Shown: piece after piece, positions 50,839 to 64,000 of the stretch
How positions within the stretch are numbered: position 1 is the stretch's first letter
Layout: every line of letters starts with the position of its first letter
Origin: Mobula hypostoma
Taxonomy: Eukaryota
Direction of reading: 5' to 3'
Length of the DNA stretch: 64,000 nt
Assembly (NCBI RefSeq): GCF_963921235.1
Contig: NC_086107.1
Span: 110,362,001-110,426,000 of the forward strand
Translations under genes and position numbers: made by a program
The notes under the pieces: model-generated
Database searches by the model: none
Seen by the model: the letters and a program-made list of their open reading frames with translations, nothing else
Told to the model about the DNA's origin: nothing

Positions 50839-52609
50839 TTCGAACCCGGGACCACTCGCCTCGCAGTCCAACGTGTGTACCATTGCGCCGCCAGCTCTCT
50901 CACCTCCTTTGGTCCAAATCTTAAAAGGCTGAGCGTGGAATGAGATCGTTCGGCCCAGTGGAGCTGTGCCAGCTCTGTGCAGGAATAATCAGAGAGGAGA
51001 TACTCAGTGCTTTAGGAACAGTTTCTTCTCTTCTGCCCTCAGATTTCTGAATGATCCAATTACCCACGGACACTACCTCAGAATTCCCCTTTTGCATTAT
51101 TTACTTATTTTTGTAAATTATAGTAATTTGTATTCCCTGCACTGTTCTGCTGCTGCACAACATATGTCAATGATAATAATCCTGACCCTGGTCAAAGGGG
51201 AGCAGATGGACTTGTGTAAGGGAGAATAGGTTGCACGTGTATAAATGAGGATAGGGGATTGGGAATATTCGGATTGTAACCCTGAGAACCAGCTTTAGAT
51301 ACGTGAGTCATGACAGAAGGGAAAATGGCTGGAGTCGCTTCGCACTTCGGTGCGAGGGTGCTTATTAGATGCATCAAAAATCTAGCTTAGAAAAATTAGC
51401 AAAAGTAGTGAAAAGAAAACCGCCAATGTTACAAAACAGATAGCTACCAGAAAACAGAATAATAGCTTCGAACTATTTTAGTCCAGTGTGAACTCCTGAC
51501 TGCTCTGATCTCTTTCACAGAGGGCAAAGAGCTCCTTTTTTTAAGGCACTAGAACATACCATCTTTAATTTGCCACAAAATTGAGACCACAGATAAATTA
51601 GAATATGATGGACCCCACAATGTAGTTACAATCATATTACAAAATAAACGGAAGTATCTCCCTTAAATACAGTATACAGACAATATATACAATTTACGCA
51701 TCCCCATGACTAAAAAAATTGAATTCTGCCACGTGTGGCGGGAAAGACATCACAAAGCCAACCTGAGTGCGTCACCTCGGTTTAGGTCCCATTATGACAA
51801 TGAAATGCGTTCACTCAGCGCAACAAGAGCAGAACGGCAAGGCAATGCCTGTGTGTGTGTAAGGAGTGTGCTTACTCTCCATCAGAACCAGCAAATCCTT
51901 CTGTGCCATTGTAAGTGTGAAAAACAAACAACATACCTCGACACTGGACACAGTGGATACAAGGCTGCTATTTCTCCTGGTACTTACTGCCCGCTACTCC
52001 GCTGGCGTTTAGGGCGGCAATGAAGGTCCTCCATCTCTGGCGGTGTTCCGGGCTTCCTTCATCGTGTCGGTAGCTTCCTCTCGGTTTTCGCGACTGTCAG
52101 TCGTGCAAGTCCCTGGGTGGAGACTCAGGAATACCGTCACACTCAGATGTGGAAGGTTTCCTCGTTGCTGTTTCTGTAACAGTTTTGTTTGACCAGTCAG
52201 GGTTGTTAGCCCTGAGCTGAACCCCCGAACCTGGAGGACCGGTGGACCACTCTTAGTCTGGCCTCTACCCTTTGACCCAAGCAAAAGCCGAAGTGTAAAG
52301 CTCTGATTCCAGCCAGCGTAGCTCTCTGGGTCACTGAGGCACGCAAGCCTCCAAACCCTATAACGAGCTTGTGGTCCTCTTGGAGGATTTCTCCTGGTAA
52401 TGTTAACCAAAAAAAAGAGCTGGTCGTGGACTACTGAAAGGGGGGGTTTGCACATGCTCCCGTCTACATCAACGGCGCTGAGGTTGAGCGCTTTCAAGTT
52501 CCTAGGTGTGAGCCAATGTGGATAATTCCACTCACCTCAACACTGAACTGACTCCACAACATGTGGTCTCACTCTCAAGGACTCTACAACTCGTATTCTC
52601 AGTATTGTT

Positions 52610-52970
52610 AAACATAGAACATAGAACATAGAACATAGAAATCTACAGCACATTACAGGCCCAGTATTGTGCCGAAGATGTAACCTACTCTGGAGACTGC
52701 CCGGGATTTCCCTAGCACATAGTCCTATTTTGCTAAGCTCCATGTACCTATCTAAGAGGCTCTTAACAGATCCTATTGTATCCGCTTCCACCACCGCTGC
52801 CACACACTCACCAGTCTCTGTGTGAAAAACTTACCCCTGACGTCCCCTCAGTACCTGTTTCCAAGTACCTTAAAACTATGCCCCCCTTGTGTTAGCCATT
52901 TCAGCCTCAGGAAAAAGCCTCTGGCTATCCACACGATCAATGCCCCTCATCATCTTATACACCTCTCATC
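52610..52970 (-). mobile_element. CR1 LINE 3' fragment
   Basis: (AACATAG)n tail; homologous to 11520-11900. Confidence 0.8.
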
Positions 52971-54722
52971 TTCCAATTAATTTACTTTTTAAAACTTATT
53001 TGCTTGATTTGTCTTCTTTTGCACATTGGCTGTTCTTCGTCAAAAGGCTGGCAGATCTTTGGAATTTTCTACCTAATCAACACTGAATGTGTTCAAGGAA
53101 GGGATGGAGAGATTTTTGGACGTCGGCGGAATCAACGGAGAAGGATTAAATTGTGCTGAGGTAAAGGCCATGGGTGGGGGAGGGGGAGGAGTAAGAAGCT
53201 GAGAGGTGATAGGTGGAAGAGGTAAAGGGCTGAAGAAGGAGGAATCTGATAGGAGAGGACAGTGGACCGTGGAAGAAAGGGGAAGAAGTTGCTTTGTTTT
53301 CTGTTTTATTTTCACATGCTAAATATCTTCACGTTGCCGCACCCTACAGCAACCTCACAAACCGTTGTTTAATTAGGAAACCACGGACAACGCTTTTTGT
53401 GCCACATACCTCGATCCCACCAGGTCCGAGAGGGCCTCCGGGAAGCATCTGGAAAGTTCCAGCTCCCTGGTCGATAATGGGCAGCGGCTTTGGCCTCAGC
53501 CATGGGGAGAGGACACAGGAACATTCTGGAATGGGGGGACAACGCACGTTCGCCTATGAGCTTCCAATCCACCTTGGGAGGGTAGTTAGGATACTGAACC
53601 CAAGGATTGTGATGTGAATCGATTCACTCAGCTCTGTGAGTTACAATTGAATGAAATAAGTGAGGATAATTGTTAACAAGCAGTATCAGGGATAAGCTCT
53701 CACTATCTATGACGTGCGGCTCAAATAGCCTCTGACGACCAAGTCCATCTCCTGGCCTTCGGGTGTGCGTTAGCTACTAAGCTTGAGAGGAGCATTTCTA
53801 CTGACAGGAGAAGGGGCAAAGACGGGTTACTGGTGCCTTAAAACCAGTTGCTTCGGGCAGCTGTGGTTGGCAGCTCCTCTAGGAGAAGGAAAACTCTGAT
53901 CTTGAACCTCCGCTGCCTCGCGGCTATACCCACTCACAGGGAAGGCTTCAGGAGTGAACCCCGAGGGAAAAATCTGGAGCTGGAGTCCCTAAGGCAAGTC
54001 CTATGTTGAGTTCAACACTGACTGGCAGCTCCTGCGACGCCAGTGGTGCCAAACTGTATCATCATCTGCAGAGAGAGGGGGAGCCTGGTACATGGGCAAC
54101 AGCTTGGTCTCCATGTTGTACTGTGCTGGCTTGGGTATCACAGGGACCCCTGGGATACAGCATCCATGGTTGACCTTGACCAACGGAGGGTCTCAATGGT
54201 TAAAACAAAAGCCATCACTCTCCTCCCTTCTCCTGCAGCTGCTCTTGAATGTGTGTGTGTGTGCGTGTTTTTTTTTGCAAGCAACACAGAGAAAAAAAAT
54301 CAAATTGCGAGGAAATAGTGCAGTGTGGGTTGCTAGTGGCAACCACAGTTGCCCACCCACAGATCTCCTTCTCTCCCTCCTCTCCTGTGTACAGTCCTTT
54401 GATAATCTTCCACGTGACGTGTGGAGGAGCCCTTTCAGAGGCTGAGGGGAAGAGGGGAGGCTTATCTGCTCCCTGCTTTCTCTTGCTGACAGGACACACT
54501 GCCCTCAGGCCAGGTCTCCCCTGCCGCCTCGGAGGAAAGCCAGGAGCTGGTCCTGGGGCTGACCTGGATAATATTTATCCCTCAAGCGACCACTCCCAAA
54601 CTCACTATCTTGCCATTATGCCGTTGCAACTGGTGGGATCTTCCTGTGCACAAGCAGACCACTACCGTCCCTAACCTTAACAAGACTGAAGCTCGGCTGA
54701 AAAACGCATCTTATTCCCTGAC

Positions 54723-55039
54723 TAGTGTGGGCCCATGGCCAACTGGTTAAGGCATTGGACTAGCGACCTGAAGGTCATGAGTTCGAGCCCCAGCCGAGGC
54801 AGCGTGTTGTGTCCTTGAGCAAGGCACTTAATCACACATTGCTCTGCAACGACACTGATGCCAAGCTGTATGGGTCCTAATGCCCTTCCCTTGGACAACA
54901 TCGGTGTCAGGGAGAGGGGAGACTTGCAGCATGGGCAACTGCCGGTCTTCCATACAACCTTGCCCAGGGCTGCGCCCTGGAGAGTGAAGACTTTCCAGGT
55001 GCAGATCCATGGTCTCACAAGACTAACGGATGCCTTTAA
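54723..55039 (+). mobile_element. tRNA-derived SINE
   Basis: A/B-box head; TSD TATTCCCTGAC at 54712-54722 and 55040-55050. Confidence 0.85.
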
Positions 55040-55279
55040 TATTCCCTGACAACGATGCATAGATGCTGTTAGAGACGTGTCTTAATTCTCTTCTTAGTAC
55101 GCCCCTTGCAGTCATTTGCACTCCTGGGGCAATAAGCAGTGCACTGGAGGAACTCAGTGGGCCGAAGTAATGGGAAGGGTTAACTTACCTGCCGATCGAA
55201 AGCCACTTCCATCATTGATCAGGCCGCACAAAGGGTGCGGGAGCTCTCCCATTAGCTGGCTTTCCATTAGCTCCCATTG

Positions 55280-55875
55280 AGACTCTGTAAAGCACTCGTA
55301 AGACCACATGAAGTATTGTGTGCAGTTTTGGGCTCCTTATTTTAGAAAGGATATACTGACATTGGAGAGGGCTCAGAGAAGATTCACGAGAATGATTCCA
55401 GGAATGAGAGGGTTACCGTACGAGGAATGTCTGGCAGCTCCTGGGCTGTATTCCCTGGAGTTCAGGAGAATGAGGGGGGGATCTCATAGAAACATTCTAA
55501 ATGTTAAAAGGCCTGAATAGATTAGATATGGCAAAGTTATTTCTCGTGGTAGGGGATTCTAGGACAAGAGGGCACGACTTCAGGATTGAAGGTCGTCCTT
55601 TTAGAACTGAGATGTGGAGAAGCTTTACTTTAGTCAGAGGGTGGTAAATCTGTGGAATTCGTTGCCATGAGCGGCTGTGGAGGCCAAGTCATTGGGTGTA
55701 TTTAAGGCAGAGATAGAGAGGTTCTTGATTAGCCAGGGCATCAAAGGGTAGGGGGTGAAGGCAGGGGAGTGGGGATGACTGGATGAAGTGGATCAGCCCA
55801 TGATTCAATGGCGGAGCAGACTCAATGGGCTGAATGAGCTACTTCTGCTCCTAAATCTTATGGTCTTATGGTCTT
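55280..55875 (+). mobile_element. CR1 LINE 3' fragment
   Basis: YCVQFWAPYFRKDILTLERAQRRFTRMIPG; (TCTTATGG)n tail. Confidence 0.85.
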
Positions 55876-56180
55876 TCATGCCAAGGCACCGGCTTCGTTT
55901 CCATGCTCCCCGGGGTGTGGGAGAGCCTCTGTCTATTTCAATAATGGGGTGGGGTCCAGGGCTGAAGTGTGCTGTAGAAAGGAGGGCCCGCCCACATACT
56001 TAGATAAGTACCTGTTGGTTGAATGTTTCGTGTTGCAGTTGTGTGGGACTTAACAAAGTACCTGTTTGAGTTAGAAGTGTTACTGAATGTTTAGTGTCGT
56101 AGTTTTGCAACTCAGGGGGCTTAGACGAGCACTTATTTGACTGAGGTGTTTGTTTGGGTGTTTTTACCGGTTGTAAATAA

Positions 56181-56647
56181 AGCCCAATTTATACTTCTGC
56201 GTCAAATGTACGCCGTAGGTACGGCGTCCCCTACGCCGCAGGGTGACATGCACCTCCCCAAAAATGTAACTCACGCGTCGCGGCGACGTAGACTGCAACA
56301 ACTGCGATCGGTCCGCTTGGCAGCATCGCATTTCCTCCTATGCATTTCCAGTTGCTTTTCTGCGCCATGCCTGTACACTGATGCAAAATAAACGGTTGGA
56401 GATGATGAACCAAATCGTCAAATCTACCTGCCGACATCCGAAAATATTTGAAATGCTTTTCCTCTTCCATGTCTCTCACGAAGAAACTCAACACAGTGGC
56501 ATAGAAACCCCACCGCCAACTAGCGTTTTGATGGTGAATTGCAGAGCGACGCAGACACAACTATGCATGCTCGCTACGGCGTAGGGCTATGCAAGAGTAT
56601 AAATCAGGCCTACGGCGTAGCCCGTACGCGCAAGTATAAATCAGCCT
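56181..56647 (-). mobile_element. PIF/Harbinger deletion derivative
   Basis: Imperfect TIRs AGCCCAATTTATACTTCTGCGT / AGGCTGATTTATACTTGCGCGT (reverse complement); TAA/TTA flanks; minus ORF contains [23 protein letters not shown], a Harbinger transposase N-terminal motif. Confidence 0.75.
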
Positions 56648-56889
56648 TTAAGGTGATAGTTAACATGCTTACTTGTAATCAGTGTCTTCTGTCCCATTTA
56701 CTGAATCTGTGAATCTGCTTTCACCTAACAGTCGAGCAGAATCTCTGGGGGTGGGAAAGAAATTGTCAACGTTTTGGGTCGAAATCCCTTCATCAGGAGT
56801 GGGAGTAGGGAGGGGAGATGGACGGTATAGAGGGGAGATAGGGAGGAGTGAGACAGGGGCCTTGCTGACACTGGCTCACCACAGGGATG

Positions 56890-58230
56890 TGTACTCTCTC
56901 TACACTCGTGACTGTGTGGCTAGGCACAGCCCCAATGCCATTTAGAAATTTGCTGATGACACTATAGTTGGCAGAATTTCAGATGGTGATGAGAGGGCGT
57001 ACGGTAGCGAGATAGATCAGCTCGTTGAGTGGTGTCGCAACAACAGCATCAGAATCAGAAGCAGGTTTATTATCAACGACATGTGATGTGAAATTTGTTA
57101 ACTTAGCAGCAGCAGTTCAATGCAATACATAATATGGAAAAAAAACAAAACAAAATAATAATAATAAAAAATAAATAAGTAAATCAATTACAGTATATGT
57201 ATATTGAATAGATTAAAAATCATGCAACAAACAGAAATAATATGTTAAAAAAGTGAGGTAGTGTCCAAGGGTTCAATGTCCATTTAGGAATTGGATAGCA
57301 GAGGGGAAGAAGCTGTTCCTGAATCGCTGAGTGTGTGCCTTCAGGCTTCTGTATCTCCTACCTGCTGGTAACAGTGAGAAAAGGGCATGCCCTGGGTGCT
57401 GGAGGTCCTTACTAATGGATGCTGCCTTTCTGAAACGCTGTTCCTTGAAGATGTCCTGGGTACTTTGTAGGCAAGATGGAGCTGACTAAATTTACAACCC
57501 CCTGCAGCTTGCACCTTGCACTCAACGTCAGTAAGTCCAAAGTGCTGATTGTGGACTTCATGAAGGATACAATAAGGGAACACAACCAGTCCTCATACAG
57601 GGATCGGAAGTAGAAAAGGTGGGCAATTTCAAGTTCCTAGGTGTCAACATCTCTGAGGATCTCACCTGGACCCAGCATATTGATGCAGCTATAAAGAATG
57701 CACAAAGGGGGCTATATTTCATTAGGAGTTTGAGGAGATTTGGTATGTCACCAAAAACACTTGCAAATTTTTACAGCTGTACAGTGGGGAGCATTCTAAC
57801 TGGCTGCATTACTGTCTGGTATGGGGTGGGGGGCTGCTGCACAGGATCGAAATAAACTTCAGAGAGTTATAGACTTAGTCAGCTCCATCATGGGCACTAG
57901 CCTCCACAGTATCCAGGACATCTTCACGAAGCGATGTCTCAAAAAGGCAGCATCCATCATTACGGACCCCCATCACCCAAGACATGCCTTGTTCTCATTG
58001 CTACCATCAGGGAGGAGGTACAGAAGCTTGAAGGCACACACTCAATGATTCAGGAACAGCTTCTTCCCCTCTGCCATCTGATTTCTGAATGGACATTGAA
58101 CCCATGAACACTACCTCACTACTTTTTGATTTCTATTTTTACTATTATATATATTTAACGTATTGCATTCTACTGCTGCCACAGAGACAACAAGTTTCAC
58201 AACATATGCCAGTGATATTAAACCTGATTC
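56890..58230 (+). mobile_element. Rex1/Babar-type LINE with an opposite-strand copy nested at about 57050-57510
   Basis: KFADDT..., FKFLGVNISEDLTWTQHI...RSLRRFGMSPKTLANFY. Confidence 0.85.
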
Positions 58231-58573
58231 TGGTTCGGACTCACATAGGTCGGGATGGAATGAGACTCGCTGGGTCTGCGAGGCAGCAGCACTACCTGCC
58301 GTGCGACCGTTCAGCCCCACTGGAGAATGCTTTGTGCTGTACTGAAACATGCCAGCCAGGGGTCAGCTGGGTGTCAGTAGGCAGCCCAAGTCGGAAAGCA
58401 CTGGGCTTGGCTTCCCCAGACAGTAGGTCCACACTGTTGGGTTCAGAGTTAGCGTGAGCGGTTACAGCGGGCACTGTGAGGGGCTCGCCCCATATTCCTG
58501 GCCACCCACCCTCTCAGTTAGGTGTTATACCCGGTGCCTTGGCCAGGGTTTCCTGCACTCCATCAACAGTCCT

Positions 58574-60402
58574 AAACATAGAAACATAGAAAATAGGTGC
58601 AGGAGTAGGCCATTCGGCCCTTCGAGCCTGCACCGCCATTTATTATGATCATGGCTGATCATCCAACTCAGAACCCCGCCCCAGCCTTCCCTCCATACCC
58701 CCTGACCCCCGTAGCCACAAGGGCCATATCTAACTCCCTCTTAAACATAGCCAATGGACTGGCCTCAACAGTTTCCTGTGGCAGAGAATTCCACAGATTC
58801 ACCACTCTCTGTGTGAAGAAGTTTTTCCTAATCTCGGTCCTAAAAGGCTTCCCCTCTATCCTCAAACTGTGACCCCTTGTTCTGGACCTCCCCAACATCA
58901 GGAACAATCTTCCCGCATCTAGCCTGTCCAATCCCTTTAGGATTTTATACGTTTCAATCAGATCCCCCCTCAATCTTCTAAATTCCAACGAGTACAAGCC
59001 CAGTTCATCCAGTCTTTCTTCATATGAAAGACCTGCCATCCCAGGAATCAATCTGGTGAACCTTCTTTGTACTCCCTCTATGGCAAAGATGTCTTTCCTC
59101 AGATTAGGGGACCAAAACTGCACACAATACTCCAGGTGTGGTCTCACCAAGGCCTTGTACAACTGCAGTAGTACCTCCCTGCTCCTGTACTCGAATCCTC
59201 TCGCTATAAATGCCAGCATACCATTCGCCTTTTTCACCGCCTGCTGTACCTGCATGCCCACTTTCAATGACTGGTGTATAATGACACCCAGGTCTCGTTG
59301 CACCTCCCCTTTTCCTAATCGGCCACCATTCAGATAATAATCTGTTTTCCTATTTTTGCCACCAAAGTGGATAACTTCACATTTATCCACATTAAATTGC
59401 ATCTGCCATGAGTTTGCCCACTCACCCAACCTATCCAAGTCACCCTGCATCCTCTTAGCATCCTCCTCACTGCTAACACTGCCACCCAGCTTCGTGTCAT
59501 CCGCAAACTTGGAGATGCTGCATTTAATTCCCTCATCCAAGTCATTAATATATATTGTAAACAACTGGGGTCCCAGCACTGAGCCTTGCGGTACCCCACT
59601 AGTTACCGCCTGCCATTCTGAAAAGGTCCCGTTTATTCCCACTCTTTGCTTCCTGTCTGCTAACCAATTCTCCACCCACACCAATACCTTACCCCCAATA
59701 CCGTGTGCTTTAAGTTTGCACACTAATCTCCTGTGTGGGACCTTGTCAAAAGCCTTTTGAAAATCCAAATATACCACATCCACTGGTTCTCCCCTATCCA
59801 CTCTACTAGTTACATCCTCAAAAAATTCTATGAGATTCGTCAGACATGATTTTCCTTTCACAAATCCATGCTGACTTTGTCTGATCATTTCACCGCTTTC
59901 CAAATGGGCTGTTATCACATCCTTGATAACTGACTCCAGCAGTTTCCCCACCACCGACGTTAGGCTAACCGGCCTATAATTCCCCGGTTTCTCTCTCCCT
60001 CCTTTTTTAAAAAGTGGGGTTACATTAGCCACCCTCCAATCCTCAGGAACTAGTCCAGAATCTAACAAGTTTTGAAAAATTATCACTAATGCATCCACTA
60101 TTTCTTGGGCTACTTCCTTAAGCACTCTGGGATGCAGACCATCTGACCCTGGGGATTTATCTGCCTTCAATCCCTTCAATTTACCGAACACCACTTCCCT
60201 ACTAACATGTATTTCACTCAGTTCCTCCATCTCACTGGACCCTCTGTCCCCTACTATTTCTGGAAGATTATTTATGTCCTCCTTAGTGAAGACAGAACCA
60301 AAGTAATTATTCAATTGATCTGCCATGTCCTTGCTCCCCATAATCAATTCACCTGTTTCTGTCTGCAGGGGACCTACATTTGTCTTTACCAGTCTTTTCC
60401 TT
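58574..60402 (-). mobile_element. Young CR1 LINE copy A, 5'-truncated
   Basis: (TTTCTATG)n tail; similarity to copy B ends at 60402. Confidence 0.95.
58668..60402 (-). CDS. CR1 ORF2 reverse transcriptase domain (open frame, no endonuclease, no native start)
   Basis: NYRPVSLTS, YLDFQKAFDKV, GVPQGSVLGP, FADD. The predicted ATG at 60428 lies in flanking DNA. Confidence 0.85.
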
Positions 60403-60555
60403 GAAACAACCTTCAGACCTGTATCCACCTAGCCAGCTCTTCTTTCTACTGCTGACTGGTATCTGATCTCCCAACTTCCCCACCCTGAAGTCCACAATTA
60501 ATTGCTTGGCCATGCTGACATTGAATGCAAGGTTGTTGTTCTGACACCGCTCAAT

Positions 60556-63500
60556 CATAGAAACATAGAAAATAGGTGCAGGAGTAGGCCATTCGGCCCT
60601 TCGAGCCTGCACCGCCATTTATTATGATCATGGCTGATCATCCAACTCAGAACCCAGCCTTCCCTCCATACCCCCTGACCCCTGTAGCCACAAGGGCCAT
60701 ATCTAACTTCCTTTTAAACATAGCTAATGAACTGGCCTCAACAGTTTGCTGTGGCAGAGAATTCCACAGATTCACCACTCTCTGTGTGAAGAAGTTTTTC
60801 CTAACCTCGGTCCTAAAAGGCTTCCCCTCTATCCTCAAACTGTGACCCCTCGTTCTAGACCTCCCCAACATCGGGAACAATCTTCCTGCATCTAGCCTGT
60901 CCAATCCCTTTAGGATCTTATACGTTTCAATCAGATCCCCCCTCAATCTTCTAAATTCCAACGAGTACAAGCCCAGTTCATCCAGTCTTTCTTCATATGA
61001 AAGACCTGCCATCCCAGGAATCAATCTGGTGAACCTTCTTTGTACTCCCTCTATGGCAAAGATGTCTTTCCTCAGATTAGGGGACCAAAACTGCACACAA
61101 TACTCCAGGTGTGGTCTCACCAAGGCCTTGTACAACTGCAGTAGTACCTCCCTGCTCCTGTACTCGAATCCTCTCGCTATAAATGCCAGCATACCGTTCG
61201 CCTTTTTCACCGCCTGCTGTACCTGCATGCCCACTTTCAATGACTGGTGTATAATGACACCCAGGTCTCGTTGCACCTCCCCTTTTCCTAATCGGCCACC
61301 ATTCAGATAATAATCTGTTTTCCTATTTTTGCCACCAAAGTGGATAACTTCACATTTATCCACATTAAATTGCATCTGCCATGAGTTTGCCCACTCACCC
61401 AACCTATCCAAGTCACCCTGCATCCTCTTAGCATCCTCCTCACTGCTAACACTGCCACCCAGCTTCGTGTCATCCGCAAACTTGGAGATGCTGCATTTAA
61501 TTCCCTCATCCAAGTCATTAATATATATTGTAAACAACTGGGGTCCCAGCACTGAGCCTTGCGGTACCCCACTAGTCACCGCCTGCCATTCTGAAAAGGT
61601 CCCGTTTATTCCCACTCTTTGCTTCCTGTCTGCTAACCAATTCTCCACCCACACCAATACCTTACCCCCAATACCGTGTGCTTTAAGTTTGCACACTAAT
61701 CTCCTATGTGGGACCTTGTCAAAAGCCTTTTGAAAATCCAAATATACCACATCCACTGGTTCTCCCCTATCCACTCTACTAGTTACATCCTCAAAAAATT
61801 CTATGAGATTCGTCAGACATGATTTTCCTTTCACAAATCCATGCTGACTTTGTCCGATCATTTCACCGCTTTCCAAATGTGCTGTTATCACATCCTTGAT
61901 AACTGACTCCAGCAGTTTCCCCACCACCGACGTTAGGCTAACCGGCCTATAATTCCCCGGTTTCTCTCTCCCTCCTTTTTTAAAAAGTGGGGTTACATTA
62001 GCCACCCTCCAATCCTCAGGAACTAGTCCAGAATCTAACGAGTTTTGAAAAATTATCACTAATGCATCCACTATTTCTTGGGCCACGCACTCTGGGATGC
62101 AGACCATCTGGCCCTGGGGATTTATCTGCCTTCAATCCCTTCAATTTACCTAACACCACTTCCCTACTAACATGTATTTCGCTCAGTTCCTCCATCTCAC
62201 TGGACCCTCTGTCCCTTACTATTTCTGGAAGATTATTTATGTCCTCCTTAGTGAAGACAGAACCAAAGTAATTATTCAATTGGTCTGCCATGTCCTTGCT
62301 CCCCATAATCAATTCACCTGTTTCTGTTTGCAGGGGACCTACATTTGTCTTTATCAGTCTTTTCCTTTTTACATATCTATAAAAGCTTTTACAGTCCGTT
62401 TTTATGTTCTCTGCCAGTTTTCTCTCATAATCTTTTTTCCCCTTCCTAATTAAGCCCTTTGTCCTCCTCTGCTGAACTCTGAATTTCTCCCAGTCCTCAG
62501 GTGAGCCACTTTCTCTGGCTAATTTGTATGCTACTTCTTTGGAATTGATACTATCCCTAATTTCTCTTGTCAGCCACGGGTGCACTACCTTCCTTGATTG
62601 ATTCTTTTGCCAAACTGGGATGAACAATTGTTGTAGTTCATCCATGCAACCTTTAAATGCTTGCCATTGCATATCCACCGTCAATCCTTTAAGTGTCATT
62701 TGCCAGTCTATCTTAGCTAATTCACGTCTCATACCTTCAAAGTTACCCCTCTTTAAGTTCAGAACCTTTGTTTCTGAATTAACTATGTCACTCTCCATAT
62801 TAATGAAGAATTCCACCATATTATGGTCACTCTTACCCAAGGGACCTCTCACGACAAGATCGCTAATTAACCCTTCCTCATTGCTCAAAACCCAGTCCAG
62901 AATAGCCTGCTCTCTAGTTGGTTCCTCGACATGTTGGTTCAAAAAACCATCCCGCATACATTCCAAGAAATCCTCTTCCTCAGCACCTTTACCAATTTGG
63001 TTCACCCAGTCTACATGTAGATTGAAGTCACCCATTATAACTGCTGTTCCTTTATTGCACACATTTCTAATTTCCTGTTTAATACCATCTCCGACCTCAC
63101 TACTACTGTTAGGTGGCCTGTACACAACTCCCACCAGTGTCTTCTGCCCCTTAGTGTTACGCAGCTCTACCCATATCGATTCCACATCTTCCTGGCTTAT
63201 GTCCTTCCTTTCTATTGCGTTAATCTCTTTTTTAACCAGCAACGCCACCCCACCTCCCCTTCCTTCATGTCTATCCCTCCTGAATATTGAATATCCCTGA
63301 ACGTTGAGCTCCCATCCCTGGTCACCCTGGAGCCATGTCTCTGTGATCCCAACTATATCATAATCATTAATAACAATCTGCACTTTCAATTCATCCACCT
63401 TATTACGAATGCTCCTTGCATTGACACACAAAGCCTTCAGGCGCTCTTTTACAACTCTCTTAGCCCTTTTTAATGCTTGCCCTGGATTTGTCGGCCTGCC

Positions 63501-63731
63501 ACTTTTACTTTTCCCCTTTGTACTTTTTGCTTCTACGCTCACTTTACACCCCTCTGTCTCTCTGCACTGGTTCCCATCCCTCTGTTGTGAACTAACCTCC
63601 TCACGCCTAGCCTCTTTAATTTGATTCCCACCCCCCAACCATTCTAGTTTAAAGTCACCTCAGTAGCCCTCGCTAATCTCCCTGCCAGGATATTGGTCCC
63701 CCTAGGATTCAAGTGTAACCCGTCCTTTTTG
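60556..63731 (-). mobile_element. Young CR1 LINE copy B: all of ORF2 plus the end of ORF1
   Basis: ORF1 tail KKDGLHLNPRGTNILAGRLARATEVTLN* (SGNH-esterase DxxH motif) at 63644-63730, then ORF2 and the 3' tail. Confidence 0.95.
60647..63638 (-). pseudogene. CR1 ORF2 (APE endonuclease + RT) frameshifted by an 8-bp deletion
   Basis: APE motifs NARSIRNK, GITETW, VYRPP, MGDFN, SDH; RT motifs as in copy A. TTCCTTAA (copy A 60114-60121) is missing between 62086 and 62087. Confidence 0.9.
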
Positions 63732-64000
63732 AACTATCAGTTCAACACCATCTTGCTGCTTGTGGGATCTTGCTGTACACTATTTGGAGGCAGCATTTTC
63801 TATGGGGCACAGATCAAGTGGGTAGCCAGTGCCTTTTTCCCAGGGTGCGATGACTAATAGTGGAGGGAGGAGAAGATGGCGGCGTGACACAGCATGCGCG
63901 GCCGTTCCGAATGAATATCGATATGTGTTAACTAGAGGGCCGTGCACAATCCTGATTTGACGGAGACAGCCCTGAGAAGTGCAGAGGAACATCTGGAGAA

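Noticed and set aside
53400..53480. Small minus-strand exon ending GAG|GTATGT; also an isolated donor at 15880
   Set aside because: Weak acceptors and unrecognisable peptides; such sites are expected by chance in 64 kb.
53700..54060. HDV-like ribozyme in an RTE-like 5' region
   Set aside because: I could not assign P1-P4 pairings by eye; it needs a descriptor search.
62620..63300. 226-aa plus-strand ORF (and 59056-59760, 61029-61733)
   Set aside because: Antisense shadows of CR1 ORF2.
63866..64000. AAGATGGCGGCG as a third promoter
   Set aside because: Resembles the GC-rich 5' head of non-LTR-derived repeats and has no surrounding CpG island; truncated by the window edge.

Overview
Vertebrate nuclear DNA, most likely from a cartilaginous fish (ray or shark), inferred from HE1-like V-SINEs together with CR1, Rex1/Babar and Penelope-like repeats. 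I can support no complete host protein-coding exon. The long ORFs I can assign are retrotransposon reverse transcriptase/endonuclease or tandem-repeat artefacts. Most of the window is nested transposon debris: two adjacent young CR1 LINEs (58.6-63.7 kb), many CR1/Rex1/L2/RTE fragments, tRNA-derived SINEs, and Chapaev3, Tc1, hAT and Harbinger remnants. Two repeat-poor islands look functional. The first is a CpG-island promoter at about 2.06-3.62 kb with NRF1 and YY1 motifs, a dense octamer cluster and five minus-strand splice donors, suggesting an unidentified gene running leftward out of the window. The second, at about 17.7-19.9 kb, has YY1, Sox-dimer and MEF2/TATA motifs and a candidate exon. 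The most notable hidden signal is a family of short fold-back repeats derived from a GIY-YIG Penelope-like element. They carry a minimal hammerhead ribozyme motif, with one apparently intact copy at 38572-38609. This is a known class of system, although these copies are probably unannotated. I found no convincing evidence of a wholly new system. Family assignments come from motif recognition by eye, not database searches, and many fragment boundaries are approximate.
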